The position numbers and the translations under genes were made by a program. From the NCBI GenBank assembly GCA_002269645.1, contig NIVC01000648.1, positions 1 to 64,000 on the forward strand: a DNA stretch of 64,000 nucleotides, given 5' to 3'. Shown piece by piece: positions 10,904 to 23,643 of this stretch. Under the pieces are notes generated by a model. That model saw only the letters and a list, made by a program, of their open reading frames with translations. It had not been told where the DNA came from and did no database searches. The first letter of the stretch is position 1. Every line of letters begins with the position of its first letter. The DNA is from Macrostomum lignano. Taxonomy: Eukaryota.

Positions 10904-13900
10904 ATGTTTTTTTGCATCAATATTCGTGCGTTATCAATACAGGTTGCTAAAAAGGTGCGGCTGTTCCTGATTTCAAATGTCTGGATGCTTTTAACGTAAG
11001 TCTGTGTAAGGAATTAATTAATTAAAGCGATTACATGTAGATAGTGATGGCTTTGTGATGGGAAAATATAACAATAGGAGCTAAAATTATAGGATTGGAC
11101 AGAAAATGGCGTATTGTAAGTTATAATTTTTTATGGTTTTTATTCTATGAAATTTTCTTTATGAGTCATATGTGTCAAAAGAATGTCATACACGCTAGAT
11201 AAAGTAGTCAGAAAAGGTTATGGTCTGCCGGACTTCACTGACTTCACTGGAGGTGTGTGTAAGAGTTCAATGCATTATTTGGCAGCTGCACGAAGAAGCA
11301 CGAAGAAGAGAAAGCCGGCTGACGCACGGGGCCGGAAAAATGAGGTGGGCGCTCTATAGCAAATCAATGGCTCACACTGTGGTTGACCAACAGGCTAATT
11401 CTCAATAAAGTTCTCGATAATTATATATTATCTCATCTGTAGACATCAATTAATTTATTGCAATTTAAATCAATTTATGCATCTGAAGTAGCAATAGTTA
11501 TTGTCACTAAATATTGTTTTACTCAAGAACGACTTAAGTAGAAGGACAGGAAACATCGTTTCCTGGAATTTTTTTGAAGGCCGGTTTTCCGAAAAATACA
11601 CTACGGAGATGTGAAGTTTTCATATAAGGAAGTTTTAATTTCTTCAGCACAACATTTGTTATTGCTTTTGATAGGAGGCAGACCCAACGTTCATATTTTG
11701 AAATGTTGTGCCTTTCTTATTGCTCTATCGATATTAATAAAGCTTTTCGTTTATAAAATCAGGATTCTATGTTCATTTTTTATTCTACGAACATTTCCTG
11801 TACCTAAAAGTCATAAAATGCATTCATTGTACAGCTCGAAATTTTTGGTTTATGAATCTATTTTGTCATTTCTGTTACAAAGATTTGTTAAACAGTCAGC
11901 TAAGAATGATGTTTTAATGGTTTTTAGGCACAAGACACGTGCAGTTGTATATTAGAATAAAAAGTTAATATAGAATTCTAATTTATTTTATTTTTTTCAG
12001 AAAACTGGCCGTCAAAAAATTTCCAACAAACGATGCTTCCCGTCCTACTTAAGTCGTCCTTGGATTTACTGTATTGCTTTGAAAACAATTTTGTACTTTA
12101 ACTACAAACAGTAGCCTAACCTTTGGCTTTCTCTTTTGAATAAGACAGCGCCTAACACAAAGCAGTAATTCCAATATTATAAACTAACATCACATCATGA
12201 GTGACTCATTTTGCATATTCAGATTCTAAATCGTCATGCATTCTAAATTTTATTCAAATTCATTCTTCTGATAAAGTCAATCCAATGAAATTCACTCTTA
12301 AGGATCGAGGCTGCTCACCACTACTGCATCCAGGACAGTATCAAAGCGTTCTCAATGAACGCTGACTCATACCAGCCGGAGACTCTGCTCACCAACCACA
12401 GGGAGGTGAACGGACTCGTCTCATCGCAACGATGCAGCTGGGAGGTGAGGCTGGGCCGCATGACTCAGCCGCTGCAGCTCATGCTGTCGCTTCGGCTCGG
12501 CCACCGCCGACCGGGTGCTGCTGCCAGCGGACCCGGATGTCCGTCTGAGCTGACCGCGGAGCTGCAGGGTGAGCGATTGAGCCACCGGGGACGGTGACAG
12601 CTGCGGCTGTTTAAAATGACTGACAAGCAAGCTCTGCATTGACGCCCTCTGCTTCCCTCATTCAGGATCCGCGTTCGTCAGAAAGTGGACCAACGCGACC
12701 TCGCTGCCAAAAGCGCCTCTGATTGTACCTGTCATGAGAAGGTTGGTGGCGTTTCTGTCCAGTGATCTCGTTTAATATCTCCAATACTAAGTCCAACTCA
12801 TCCGAATCGCTTGAGCAGCTCGCAGCTGCTGACGGTCCGGTTCTCGACGGGCGACTTCGAGACGAGCGCGAGCTGCGGTCGCATCGAGCTGACCATCGCG
12901 GTGGCCAAGAAGGGCTTCTGCGGCAGGCACATGCTGCTGCATCGGGGCCGCTGCCTCTTCATCTCCGACTCGGAGCTGCGGCTGTCGGATCTGAGCGGGA
13001 CTGGAGTTGAGCTGGCTGCGATCTCCGGGAAGGAGCAGCTGTATGAGCTGATGAGGGACAGTGAGTGCTGAGCTGCTGCTCATGCTGGTCATTGCTCATG
13101 GGTACAGTGCTGAGCTGCTGCTCATGCTGGTCATTGCTCATGGATACAGTGCTGAGCTGCTGCTCATGCTGGTCATTGCTCATGAGTACAGGGCTGGGCT
13201 ACTTTACCTCTTTGTTATCACTATCTAATAATATAAGTTCCCACCAATGTATCATTTCACGCATATTTCAGATAAACAGAGACAGCATCGCTACCCATTC
13301 CTTATGCCTCTGGGCCTAAGCAACGTCCCAGTCAGAGTCGGACTGTTCTGCAATGTATCGTCAGGCAGAATGTTTTATCTTGAGAATGCCGCTCGCTCGT
13401 GCTCACCTGCCCTAATCAGCCCCAGAGATGCCCAAGAACTTTATCTTCTGGTTAGGTAAGTGACAACATGGGAAGAGTGCTGCAGTGTGATCGAATCAAT
13501 GCCGTTGAAATTCGCAGAATCATCACAACAGCCCCTTCTGAACCTGCAGGAAGCCAAGACTTTCTGATGTTGCGCAATCATTGGGGTGCGCATCGCTGAC
13601 GTTTGCTGGATTCTCGACTGCTCAACTCAGCTTCTCGAGCTGCAGCTCCTCAGCCAGGTCTCTGCTGAGCTTTCCCGAGAGCCCCTCAAATGAATCTCTT
13701 GCTGCAGGTGCGAACAACTGCCTGAAGAATTTCCTGGACAGAACTTTTAGTCAGCAGTTGCAGGAGAAACAGTTTAGAAATGGCTCTATTGACCTGTTCG
13801 TAGTTATAACCATCGTATGTTTAGTTGCGATGCTCATGGGGATAATAATTAGATATATTTATTACCGTCGGCGAGGTCAATTTAATGCGGAAGGATTCGA

Positions 13901-14030
13901 ACAGCAAAATAGACGGATGAGCACTGGAGAGGTTCCTGCTGCACACTGCGAGATGAAGAGCGAAGGGCACGCGTCTTGTATCGCCAAACACGAATTTGAC
14001 GACTACCAAGTTGAAACAGCTAAAGTCTAA
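10904..14030 (+). CDS. CUB-like + C-type-lectin-like type I membrane protein, copy A (exons 10904-10995 tentative, 12303-12568, 12666-12740, 12819-13060, 13272-13455, 13550-14030)
   Basis: Phase-consistent GT-AG joins. CUB-like C...CSWEV...PKAPLIV..SQLLTVRFSTGD; CTL-like C....GRCLFIS...GVELAAISGKEQL...CASL...SC; TM LFVVITIVCLVAMLMGIIIRYIYY followed by RRR. Exon 1 is a guess and the ends of exons 2-3 are approximate. Confidence 0.75.
13066..13190. repeat. 42-bp minisatellite, 3 units, copy A intron
   Basis: Unit TGCTGAGCTGCTGCTCATGCTGGTCATTGCTCATGGGTACAG directly after the GTGAGT donor. Confidence 0.95.
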
Positions 14031-14189
14031 TTTTAAAGCCGTAAAACAAAGTTATTAGCACGAGGAATGAACTAAACGCTAGGCAAGCCACCCAGACAGT
14101 ACTTTGAATAGTGAGAGATTGGGTCCGTATAAATCGGTGCCAGGATCTATCACAGATGGATAGATTGGCACCATATTGGAGTTTAACCT

Positions 14190-14343
14190 CCATACACGCA
14201 TTTTTTGCGCCCCTAATCTTGATTTTTCTCCCTCTATATGCATTTTTGCGCCCCTAGCTTAAAAATTGGCGCCCTTATACTCGTGCTGGCGCCCCAAACT
14301 TGGACCTCCCTCCCCCCAAAATGAAACTCTAGATCCGCCACTG
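14190..14343 (-). mobile_element. Fragment or end of a MITE-like dispersed repeat
   Basis: Ends in CTAGATCCGCCACTG (reverse complement CAGTGGCGGATCTAG) with repeated GCGCCCC motifs; no second end or TSD found. Confidence 0.35.
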
Positions 14344-14806
14344 GGTAGGGGTATCGTTCTGTCTTTGAAAATAATCCCTAAAAGCTGACACTAAAGTTGT
14401 TGTAGCGCTCTTTGCTCTGTCTCAAGATAATCTACCGTTGACACTAAAATTTCACCAATGCCACCAATTAAGTTGTGCTAGGCGTTGACTTCTCTCTTTA
14501 ACATCCTGAAGACCTGTCACCGAGTTGTCACAGGGTTTTTATTTTTTATGTACTTTTACTAATAGTTCGTGTATAGCTGATAGCTCATTCAGTGTAATCA
14601 GGTCTTACTGGTAAGCCCATGAAGTATTTTCTGGTAGCGTTTGTACTACTAGCATTTACTGGCCTGGAGCGGTTATATGTGGGGCTGTCTACCCTGTTCC
14701 TTTGTTCCTATTTGCTTCTAGCTCTAGGTGATTTACTTCAGACTACTGAGATACGTCTCGTTTCTAAACAGTTCTCAATTCACCCAATTTTGGGTTTTAA
14801 AGGAAA

Positions 14807-16995
14807 TGACATCTGTTTAATTGCCTCGATCACTGAACATGCAATACAAATTTTTATTTCACTGTTTTTAATTTACTCTTTCTCTGGTCGTTTTAATTGC
14901 TAATATTCGTGCTCTTTGTCTTCTTGCGTCTTTGTCTGCACTGTGTAATGACCTAAATAAAACTTTTTTTGTAAACGAATAAACAATGCTTATTCAGACG
15001 TAAAATATACATAAATGTATATCAAGTATATCAGGTATCAGTACATGTATTGCATTTTTTGTCAAAAAGTAACAGTGCAATATCTATCTTAGAGATTTTC
15101 TGTGTACCTTTTTTCACGCATATATTACATATTTTATCCTCTTACGTAGCTTTTTAATGAATGCATGGTATAATGAATGGCATCATTAAAGCATTTTAAA
15201 TTTCACGCTTTTTTCTGTCAAACTGTGAAATAGTGAAAATGGTAAATGCAATATGTCATTTATTATTCAGCAATCCCTTCTGCGAGAGTTTCCCATGCAA
15301 AATATAACAAATGATAAACGCTTGCTTTTTGCATGCTTGTCATGACATCTGTTTAATTGCCTCGATCACTGAACATGCAATAGAAATTTTTATTTTGCTG
15401 TTTTTTTATTAATATTTTTTCTGGTCGTTTTACTCGTAGTTGCTAATATTCGTGCTTTTTGTCTTTTTTGTCTTTGTATGCATTGGGTAATGACCTAAAC
15501 AAAACTTTCTCGTAAACGAATTAAACAATGCTTATTCAGACGTAAAATATACATAAATGTATGCTAAGCAACATTGAAAAGTCGCCATCACAGAAGATTC
15601 GGTCTGTGGTCGCCACTTTTGAGAGTGCAGGTTAAAGTCTCTCAATCTTGCGAGTGACGCAACTCAGGTACGCCGCGGCAGACTCGAGTTGAGGAATGAA
15701 GTGGGGGGAGCGGTGTGCGAAGGTTAAACGGATTAAAGCTACCCCGATCAGTTTTCTCACATCTTTTATTTCAGAATAGTCCAAGAGAAATTGCTCAGTA
15801 GCGAATAGAGTGGCTGTAGGGATCTCCAGATAAGATACAAAGTAGACTACTATAAGTAGCAACATAAAGATGCAAAAAACCTGAACGCTAAAAACTGCAA
15901 ATTGTCACACGATCTATTTTTAAGACCACGAAAGCAACAAGTGACCATCTTTTGCAACATTTAAATTTAGAACTCCGAATATGGTATCGGCGCTTAAAGC
16001 TAATGTATTCCATAGGGGTCAATTTCCAAAGCGCTAAACTGTCACCTACTAAAAATAATCTGTTGTTCAAGAATTTTTCCTATAAATACAAGCCAAAATC
16101 CGAGCTAAAAATCTCAGACTCGGAGCAGCCTCTGTAGATCTTGGAGCTTGCTGGAACAGCTAAGCGAGGCTACATCTCTGAGGAACTACCTACCGTTCGG
16201 TAAGCTCTTGTTCGAGCCTTTGTTATTGAATTGATTTTTTGAGAGCGATTTATTGCCGGCCGTTACTGTTCAGTTGATTTCACTGAGACTATTGAATTTG
16301 AGGCCTCCAATTTTCCTAAGGGATTGGATAGGATCTGCGGACCGATTCCGATACCCTTAGAGGATTATCGAGTTGATTGATTTGGTTATCCTAGATTAAC
16401 CGATAGGAGCACACGACTCCGATTCTGTTAATTCTAGAAGAAGACGCCCCTCTTGGAGGACCTCGTTATTATTACAGAAAGTAGATTTTATTTTAAGGGC
16501 GTATCGTAGATATTGATTACTGAGTTTAAGGCCTGTATTGATTTGCGTTCGAGAAATGCTGCGACGTCGATTTTATTGTTACGCTCTCACCTTCGGCCGA
16601 TTCTAGACTTCAAGAAGACTACCCCGGGAGGAACAGCTCTACGGAGACGAGCTCTACAGACGCGCGCGACAAAGAAGAGGAACCCGCAACAGTAAGTGAT
16701 CACTGACTTTGTTCCCAGGCTTAAGTGTCTGGAAGTGGGAGTTTTCGGGAGACTGATCACCTCCCGAATCAACTCTTCATCAGTACATGTATTGCATTTT
16801 TTGTCAAAAAGTAACAGTGCAATATCTATCTTAGAGATTTGCTGTGTACCTTTTTTCACGCATTTATTATTATTACATATTTTATCCTCTTACGTAGCTT
16901 TTTAATGAATGCATGGCGTAATGAATGGCATGATTAAAGCATTTTAAATTTCACGCCTCTTTTCTGCGAAACTGTAAATTGGTAAAAAATGGTAA
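14807..16995. repeat. Local direct duplication of ~450 bp (14807-15250; second copy split as 15342-15560 and 16783-16995)
   Basis: ATGACATCTGTTTAATTGCCTCGATCACTGAACATGC occurs at ~14807 and ~15342; GTACATGTATTGCATTTTTTGTCAAAAAGTAACAGTGC occurs at ~15041 and ~16783. Confidence 0.85.
15558..16782 (+). mobile_element. LTR-like insert (~1.2 kb) related to the solo LTR at 7741-8771
   Basis: Starts TGTA and ends CATCA; shares TATAAATACAAG...CTCAGA...GGAGCAGC...GAGGA...CGGTAAGC in the same order as the - strand of 7741-8771. No TSD found. Confidence 0.45.
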
Positions 16996-18359
16996 ATTTC
17001 TGATACGGCAACAGAGTGAAAGCAATTTTAATATTTCACTATTTCATACAAGTATCACTCAGCAAGTGCTGTACATCTTGTGAATTGTAGACTGGTGGAG
17101 CCTTTTTAGGCAACCTGTTCAATTTCCGCTAGAACTGGCTGTACTCGTAGATAATGCAAGAAGTGAAAACACAATAAAATAGAAGAAAGAATTTTCGGCA
17201 TGTTTGAAATTTGTCATCAAACTGTGAGAGTGAAGAAGTCAGCTGTGTCAAGTTATTTTTTTAATTACGCCTAAGAACAGAATAAGGAACAGGACTGAAA
17301 TGGACACCGACCCGCGGTTGCAGCGAGGAGACGGAGGAGACGGCCCATTCCGCTAGCACCTGGTGGCCAAAAACTTCCACAGAAGTGATGTCGTTAAGGC
17401 GTAACCTGTCGGTCTCGCCTGCAGTGCCGTTCTCCTCACCAATAAGAGCTTCATGGCTCTTGTCAGCTCTCTTCACTTCTCTCCTCTCTACTCTCAGCTC
17501 TCTCCCACTCTCCCCTCTCCCGTCTAAGTAGCACTGTGCTGAGATCAGATCATTTGACAGCATCTCTGATTGGCTAGCTAATTCGCTGAACAATAACTGC
17601 ATCTGAAAGTTCGAATAACAGTTTCGCATTGAGCATCACGCACGCACAGGGCATCGAACTCATAGATACAGAAGAGTCTCAATAACAATAACTAAAGTTG
17701 TATAAGTATTAAATTAGCTGAATTAGATGTTTAAGGCAGAAACAGATTCTTCGAGTTTACCATATGTATGATTTTATTGTCTCGAGATAAAAAATTGGAG
17801 CTACAGTAGTATGAGACAAACCTGCTTGTATGTTCGCCTGTCCTCATTGACAATTATCATCGAGTTGTTGCATGTTAATCTTCTATTTCGAAATTGGAAT
17901 ATAGTGGCAGCAGACTACTCATTAGTAGGAACACTAAGCATTGACTAATGTAGGGATAATCTATTGATCTATCAATCTGAGAAGAGCGATCTGTAGGTTC
18001 TATGCATTCAATACTACTATAGCAATTGAATGAAATTGCAGATCAAAATCATTAATTGGCGTTCACCACTATAGCAAGCCATAGCAATGCCGTACTATTG
18101 TCGTACGGAGGCCACAATAGTTTCAATCGTTGTACTCCTTAACCCAGAACTGCATTTGCATACCAGACTGGATACTGGTTACCAGTGCCCACTTACTCGA
18201 TAAAGTCGAGTGCAAGCTACCCATATTCTACTCGATTTGCATAACTGTGACATCTGAAACTACATGGAGGAGTGACATATAGGTTTTTATTTTTTCAAGC
18301 GTTATAGAGTCCACTAGCCAAGCTTGATGGATTGCTTTGGCTGAAACATCCGCCACGCA

Positions 18360-21066
18360 ATGACCTGGAGCTGGCTGCTTCTCACAGCTCCAGCGTTTGT
18401 CAGCCTCTTCATCATCAACTGCGAGGCTGCTCACCACTACTGCATCCAGGACAGCATCAAAGCGTTCTCAATGAACGCTGACTCAGACCAGCCTGAGACT
18501 CTGCTCACCAACCACAGGGAGGTGAACGGACTCGTCTCATCGCAGCGATGCAGCTGGGAGGTGAGTCTGGGCCGCATGACTCAGCCGCTGCAGCTCATGC
18601 TGTCGCTTCGTCTCGGCCACCGTCGACCAAGTGCTGCTGCCAGTGGACCCGGATGTCCGTCTGAGCTGACCGCGGAGCTGAAGGGTGAGTTATAGGGGCT
18701 CCGCAGCATTGATGGCAGCGACACGGAAGCAATCAGTATCAAATTAGGAATTAGGAGGCGGGCCTGCGAGAATTGCCACCTCAACTGAATAGCTTCTGTA
18801 GGGTGCCAGCTGCATAGGCACAAGTGAAGAGGCTACGATAGTCAGTGAACCATTCTGACGAACCTTCTTGTTTTTCTTCTTTGCCGTAGCCGTCATTTCT
18901 TCCTTCTTCTTGCCTTGAATACAGATATCTCCCTTCTGCCACGTCTGATGTCAGTAATATTCGAGCTTTGTCTGTTAAACGATCTCCTCCACATGTTCTG
19001 GTTCCTATCCCTATACCTCCTCCATTTTTCTCGGAAACCAGACATTTGCCTTTTTCTCTTTTCATGAAATCCTTTGCACTCTTATGGAGCATTTCATTTC
19101 AAATGCTTTGAATGTCTCCACACTTCTCTTCCCCAGAGTTCAGCTCTCGCAACCACAGAGCAGTGTTACTCAAATGACCGCCTTTGTTAAGTTCATCAAG
19201 CATATCATTGAGCTGGTTGCGACGCCAATTCGAATTCTGATCGCTTCCTCCGATGTCCCATTCTCCGTGATGATTGATCACAAATATTAAGATTTCTTCA
19301 CGTGTTTTTTGACGACGCTTAGTAGATACTCATTCAGAAAAATCCACGTATCTCCGTAGGAGACAGCTGAGAGCTTCATTTTGCAGACTCTCGCAGACGA
19401 GACAAGGAGTGCAGTGCAATATCGATTGATCGTATATCGATAGTTAGAAAACTTTTCACAGAAGCAATATTTTTGCAAAGCAAAATCAATGAATTTTAAA
19501 GCACGTAATTAAAGAAATTGACTTCATATCGACTATTCACCGCGTAAAGATACGGAGTTGCGCAAGACCTGGAGAAATGGAATGAATCTTCCAAAGGCTC
19601 CATTGATCGTGTCAGTAATGCACAAGTGAGTTTCATAGCGTGGTTTTTCAATGCACTCCAGAGCTCGTAAGGATGTCTACATGCACAAACTCTTCAACAG
19701 CTCGCAGCTGCTGACGGTCCGGTTCTCGACGGGCGACTCCGTGCCGAGCGCGAGCTGCGGTCGCATCGAGCTGACCATCGCGGTGGCCAAGAAGGGCTTC
19801 TGCGGCAGGCACATGCTGCTGCATCGGGGCCGCTGCCTCTTCATCTCCGACTCGGAGCTGCGGCTGTCGGATCTGAGCGGGACTGGAGTTGAGCTGGCTG
19901 CGATCTCCGGGACGGAGCAGCTGGATGAGCTGATGAGGGACAGTGAGTGCTGAGCTGCTGCTCATGCTGGTCATTGCTCATGGGTACAGTGCTGAGCTGC
20001 TGCTCATGCTGGTCATTGCTCATGGGTACAGTGCTGAGCTGCTGCTCATGCTGGTCATTGCTCATGGGTACAGTGCTGAGCTGCTGCTCATGCTGGTCAT
20101 TGCTCATGGGTACAGTGCTGAGCTGCTGCTATTCTCAATTTCAGACGAACGCAGGGCCAAACAATACCCATTTCTCAAGCCGCTGAACTTGAGCAAACAA
20201 GCAAGAGTGGGAGTTGTTCGCTGTTCCGCCTCAAAGACTTTTTCTGTCCATTTCAACTCCACCAGCGGCGTGTGCTCACGGGAACGTTTCAACTCAACTG
20301 CCGTTTCAGATCTGGCAGTTAAAGGGTGAGCAGTTTTTTTCTCTATTTATTGATATAACAGTAAATAATTAACCTAGTCATAGGTTGAACACTCGCTCAC
20401 TGACTTGAAACGATCAAGCAGAATGATAAATGATTACATGTACATCCCTGCTTTTCACTGCCTGTAGAAATCTCACTGCCGATACTCGGTGCACAGCCTT
20501 GCAAGCTGATCCTGAAGGCAGAGCCGCGCTGCACAGCTGCTCATGCAGAGCGAAGATGCTTTCACTGCTCAGCTTCAGCGAGACTCCAGTCGGTTCAGAG
20601 TCGGGCAAAGTGAGAACAAAAAACTGTTGGCTACATGTACATCACTTACGAGTATGTGGGGCAAACTCTATCCACAGAACTCCACCGATCTCCCGGACAA
20701 CTGGCAAATCTGGACAGAAGTTAATCGTCGCTTTCCTGATCGCGCTGTACATAACTTTTGCTATCAGTAGTGTGTGCATGTGCCACTCAAGAATCCGCAA
20801 GGTTGGTTTACAGTACTTGTTTTGTGTCCATAATTATGCTTTTATTTATATTCTTCTAGCTCAGCTTGCAAAGACAGATATTGACAAGTCTTTATTTGAA
20901 TCTTCCGTTTCAGATGATCCGATCTGGACTGAAACAGGTGCAGAGGGTGGGTCAAGGCTCTGACTTTGCTGCTGCTGCTGCTGCTGCTAAAAACGAGCCC
21001 CAGTTGCATACTCATATTTTTATAGAAAGGCTGTTTACTCCGTACAGCCCTCTTTCTGAGGTGTAA
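18360..21066 (+). CDS. CUB-like + CTL-like type I membrane protein, copy B (exons 18360-18684, 19550-19625, 19701-19942, 20145-20325, 20468-20801, 20865-20937, 21026-21066)
   Basis: Signal peptide MTWSWLLLTAPAFVSLFIINCEA; all joins phase-consistent; TM LIVAFLIALYITFAISSVCMC. The tail ends ...PIWTETERLFTPYSPLSEV* if the 20938-21025 intron is used, otherwise it stops at 20963. Confidence 0.8.
19948..20130. repeat. 42-bp minisatellite, ~4.4 units, copy B intron
   Basis: Same unit as 13066-13190; fills almost the whole intron 19943-20144. Confidence 0.95.
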
Positions 21067-22567
21067 CTTGAGTACGCTTCGTATCTTTTCATATTTTTAT
21101 AGAGAGGCTGTTTACTCCGTACAGCCCTCTTTCTGAGGTGTAACTTGAGTACGCTTCGTATCTTTTCATATTTTTATAGAAAGGCTGTTTACTCCGTACA
21201 GCCCTCTTTCTGAGGTGTAACTTGAGTACGCTTCGTATCTTTTCATATTTTTATAGAAAGGCTGTTTACTCCGCACAGCCCTCTTTCTGAGGTGTAACTT
21301 GAGTACGCTTCGTATCTTTTCATATTTTTATAGAAAGGCTGTTTACTCCGTACAGCCCTCTTTCTGAGGTGTAACTTGAGTACGCTTCGTATCTTTTCAT
21401 ATTTTTATAGAAAGGCTGTTTACTCCGTACAGCCCTCTTTCTGAGGTGTAACTTGAGTACGCTTCGTATCTTTTCATATTTTTATAGAAAGGCTGTTTAC
21501 TCCGTACAGCCCTCTTTCTGAGGTGTAACTTGAGTACGCTTCGTATCTTTTCATATTTTTATAGAAAGGCTGTTTACTCCGCACAGCCCTCTTTCTGAGG
21601 TGTAACTTGAGTACGCTTCGTATCTTTTCATATTTTTATAGAAAGGCTGTTTACTCCGTACAGCCCTCTTTCTGAGGTGTAACTTGAGTACGCTTCGTAT
21701 CTTTTCATATTTTTATAGAAAGGCTGTTTACTCCGTACAGCCCTCTTTCTGAGGTGTAACTTGAGTACGCTTCGTATCTTTTCATATTTTTATAGAAAGA
21801 CTGTTTACTCCGCACAGCCCTCTTTCTGAGGTGTAACTTTTGTACGCTTCGTATCTTTTCATATTTTTATAGAAAGACTGTTTACTCCGCACAGCCCTCT
21901 TTCTGAGGTGTAACTTGTGTACGCTTCGTATCTTTTCATATTTTTATAGAAAGGCTGTTTGCACTGCACAGCCCTCTTTCTGAGGTGTAACTTGAGTACG
22001 CTTCGTATCTTTTCATATTTTTATAGAAAGGCTGTTTGCACTGCACAGCCCTCTTTCTGAGGTGTAACTTTTGTACCCCTTGTATTTTTGCCTATGTTTT
22101 ACAGAACGCTGTTTACTCCGTACAGCCCTCTTTCTGAGGTGTAACTTTTGTACCCCTTGTATTTTTGCCTATGTTTTACAGAACGCTGTTTACTCCGTAC
22201 AGCCCTCTTTCTGAGGTGTAACTTTTGTACCCCTTGTATTTTTGCCTATGTTTTACAGAACGCTGTTTACTCCGTACAGCCCTCTTTCTGAGGTGTAACT
22301 TTTGTACCCCTTGTATTTTTGCCTATGTTTTACAGAACGCTGTTTACTCCGTACAGCCCTCTTTCTGAGGTGTAACTTTTGTACCCCTTGTATTTTTGCC
22401 TATGTTTTACAGAACGCTGTTTACTCCGTACAGCCCTCTTTCTGAGGTGTAACTTTTGTACCCCTTGTATTTTTGCCTATGTTTTACAGAACGCTGTTTA
22501 CTCCGTACAGCCCTCTTTCTGAGGTGTAACTTGTGTACGCTTTGTATGTTTTGCGTATTTTTTACAG
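21010..22567 (+). repeat. 77-bp tandem array (20 units), each an acceptor plus a copy of the terminal exon of gene B
   Basis: Acceptor G at 21025, 21102, 21179 and so on to 22026 (14 units, TTTTTATAG|AAAGGCTGTTTACTCCGTACAGCCCTCTTTCTGAGGTGTAA), then six variant units from 22104 to 22489 (TTTTACAG|AACGCTG). Confidence 0.9.
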
Positions 22568-23204
22568 AATTTACTTTATAACCAAGGATAGGATTTTCGC
22601 ACTTTGGACAAACTACTGATATCATTGCTAGTTGAGTTCTTGTGCTAAGTTGTGACGTTGACAGTTCCTTTGTCTCCCCAGTTCTTCAGCTGGTATTCGC
22701 TGGGAATATTTAATGTGTATTTTGGTTTGTTCAATGGGTTGTACTTTTATGTTTGCTGAAGGTGGTTGGCAATACTTTATTTAACTTTTTAAATTTTGTG
22801 GCTTGGGAGGTGATGTCTCTTGGGAGCTCGGCTGTTGTAGTCTTGCAGAATGGAATCTGTGTTACAGCGGAAGACGCTATGAGAAACTTGTCCTGCATTT
22901 GAAATTCGAATTGATATCGTTGAATTTTCATGCTGTCTGAATCGGTAAATGTGACGATAGAAGGCTGGACCGGCCCTGGTACTCAAGGAGATTTTGTCGA
23001 CAATATTACTCGTGTAATTAAGTAGTTACCGGTGGACGTATAGAGAAAGCGTTCAATAATTTTAGCTTAAACTAGCAATTCGCCCTCCCCGTTGGGGGCC
23101 AACAAAAAGAAGAATAAATATTTTTGAATAAAATGCATGTCGCTTCTGAACTGTCAGTCTTAACATCTCAGCAATTCCACTGTAAGTCTTGACATCGCAG
23201 TGAT

Positions 23205-23643
23205 TCCCCCCTAAGCCTTGACATCTCATCAATTCCCCCCTAAGCCTTGACATCTCAGCAATTCCCCCCTAAGCCTTGACATCTCAGCAATTCCCCCTAA
23301 GCCTTGACATCGCATCAATTCCCCCTAAGCCTTGACATCTCATCAATTCCCCCCTAAGCCTTGACATCGCATCAATTCCCCCCCCCCCTAAGCCTTGACA
23401 TCTCATCAATTCCCCCCTAAGCCTTGACATCTTATCAATTCCCCCTAAGCCTTGACATCTCATCAATTCCCCCTAAGCCTTGACATCGCATCAATTCCCC
23501 CCCCTAAGCCTTGACATCTCATCAATTCCCCATAAGCCTTGACATCTCATCAATTCCCCATAAGCCTTGACATCGCAGCAATTCCCCCTAAGCCTTGACA
23601 TCTCAGCAATTCCCCCTAAGCTCTGACATCGCAGCAATTCCCA
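23205..23643. repeat. ~29-bp minisatellite, about 15 copies
   Basis: Unit (C)nTAAGCCTTGACATCTCATCAATT with a variable C run. Confidence 0.95.

Noticed and set aside
17261-17629. 122-aa - strand ORF
   Set aside because: No recognisable motif or splice context, and part of it is CT microsatellite-like.
18781-19092. LHKSAKDF as a NACHT winged-helix motif
   Set aside because: Too short, and no P-loop or other NACHT motif nearby.
21010-22567. CRISPR-like appearance of regular arrays (also 32400-32770 and 39455-40295)
   Set aside because: Units are contiguous with no unique spacers, there are no cas genes, and the context is eukaryotic.
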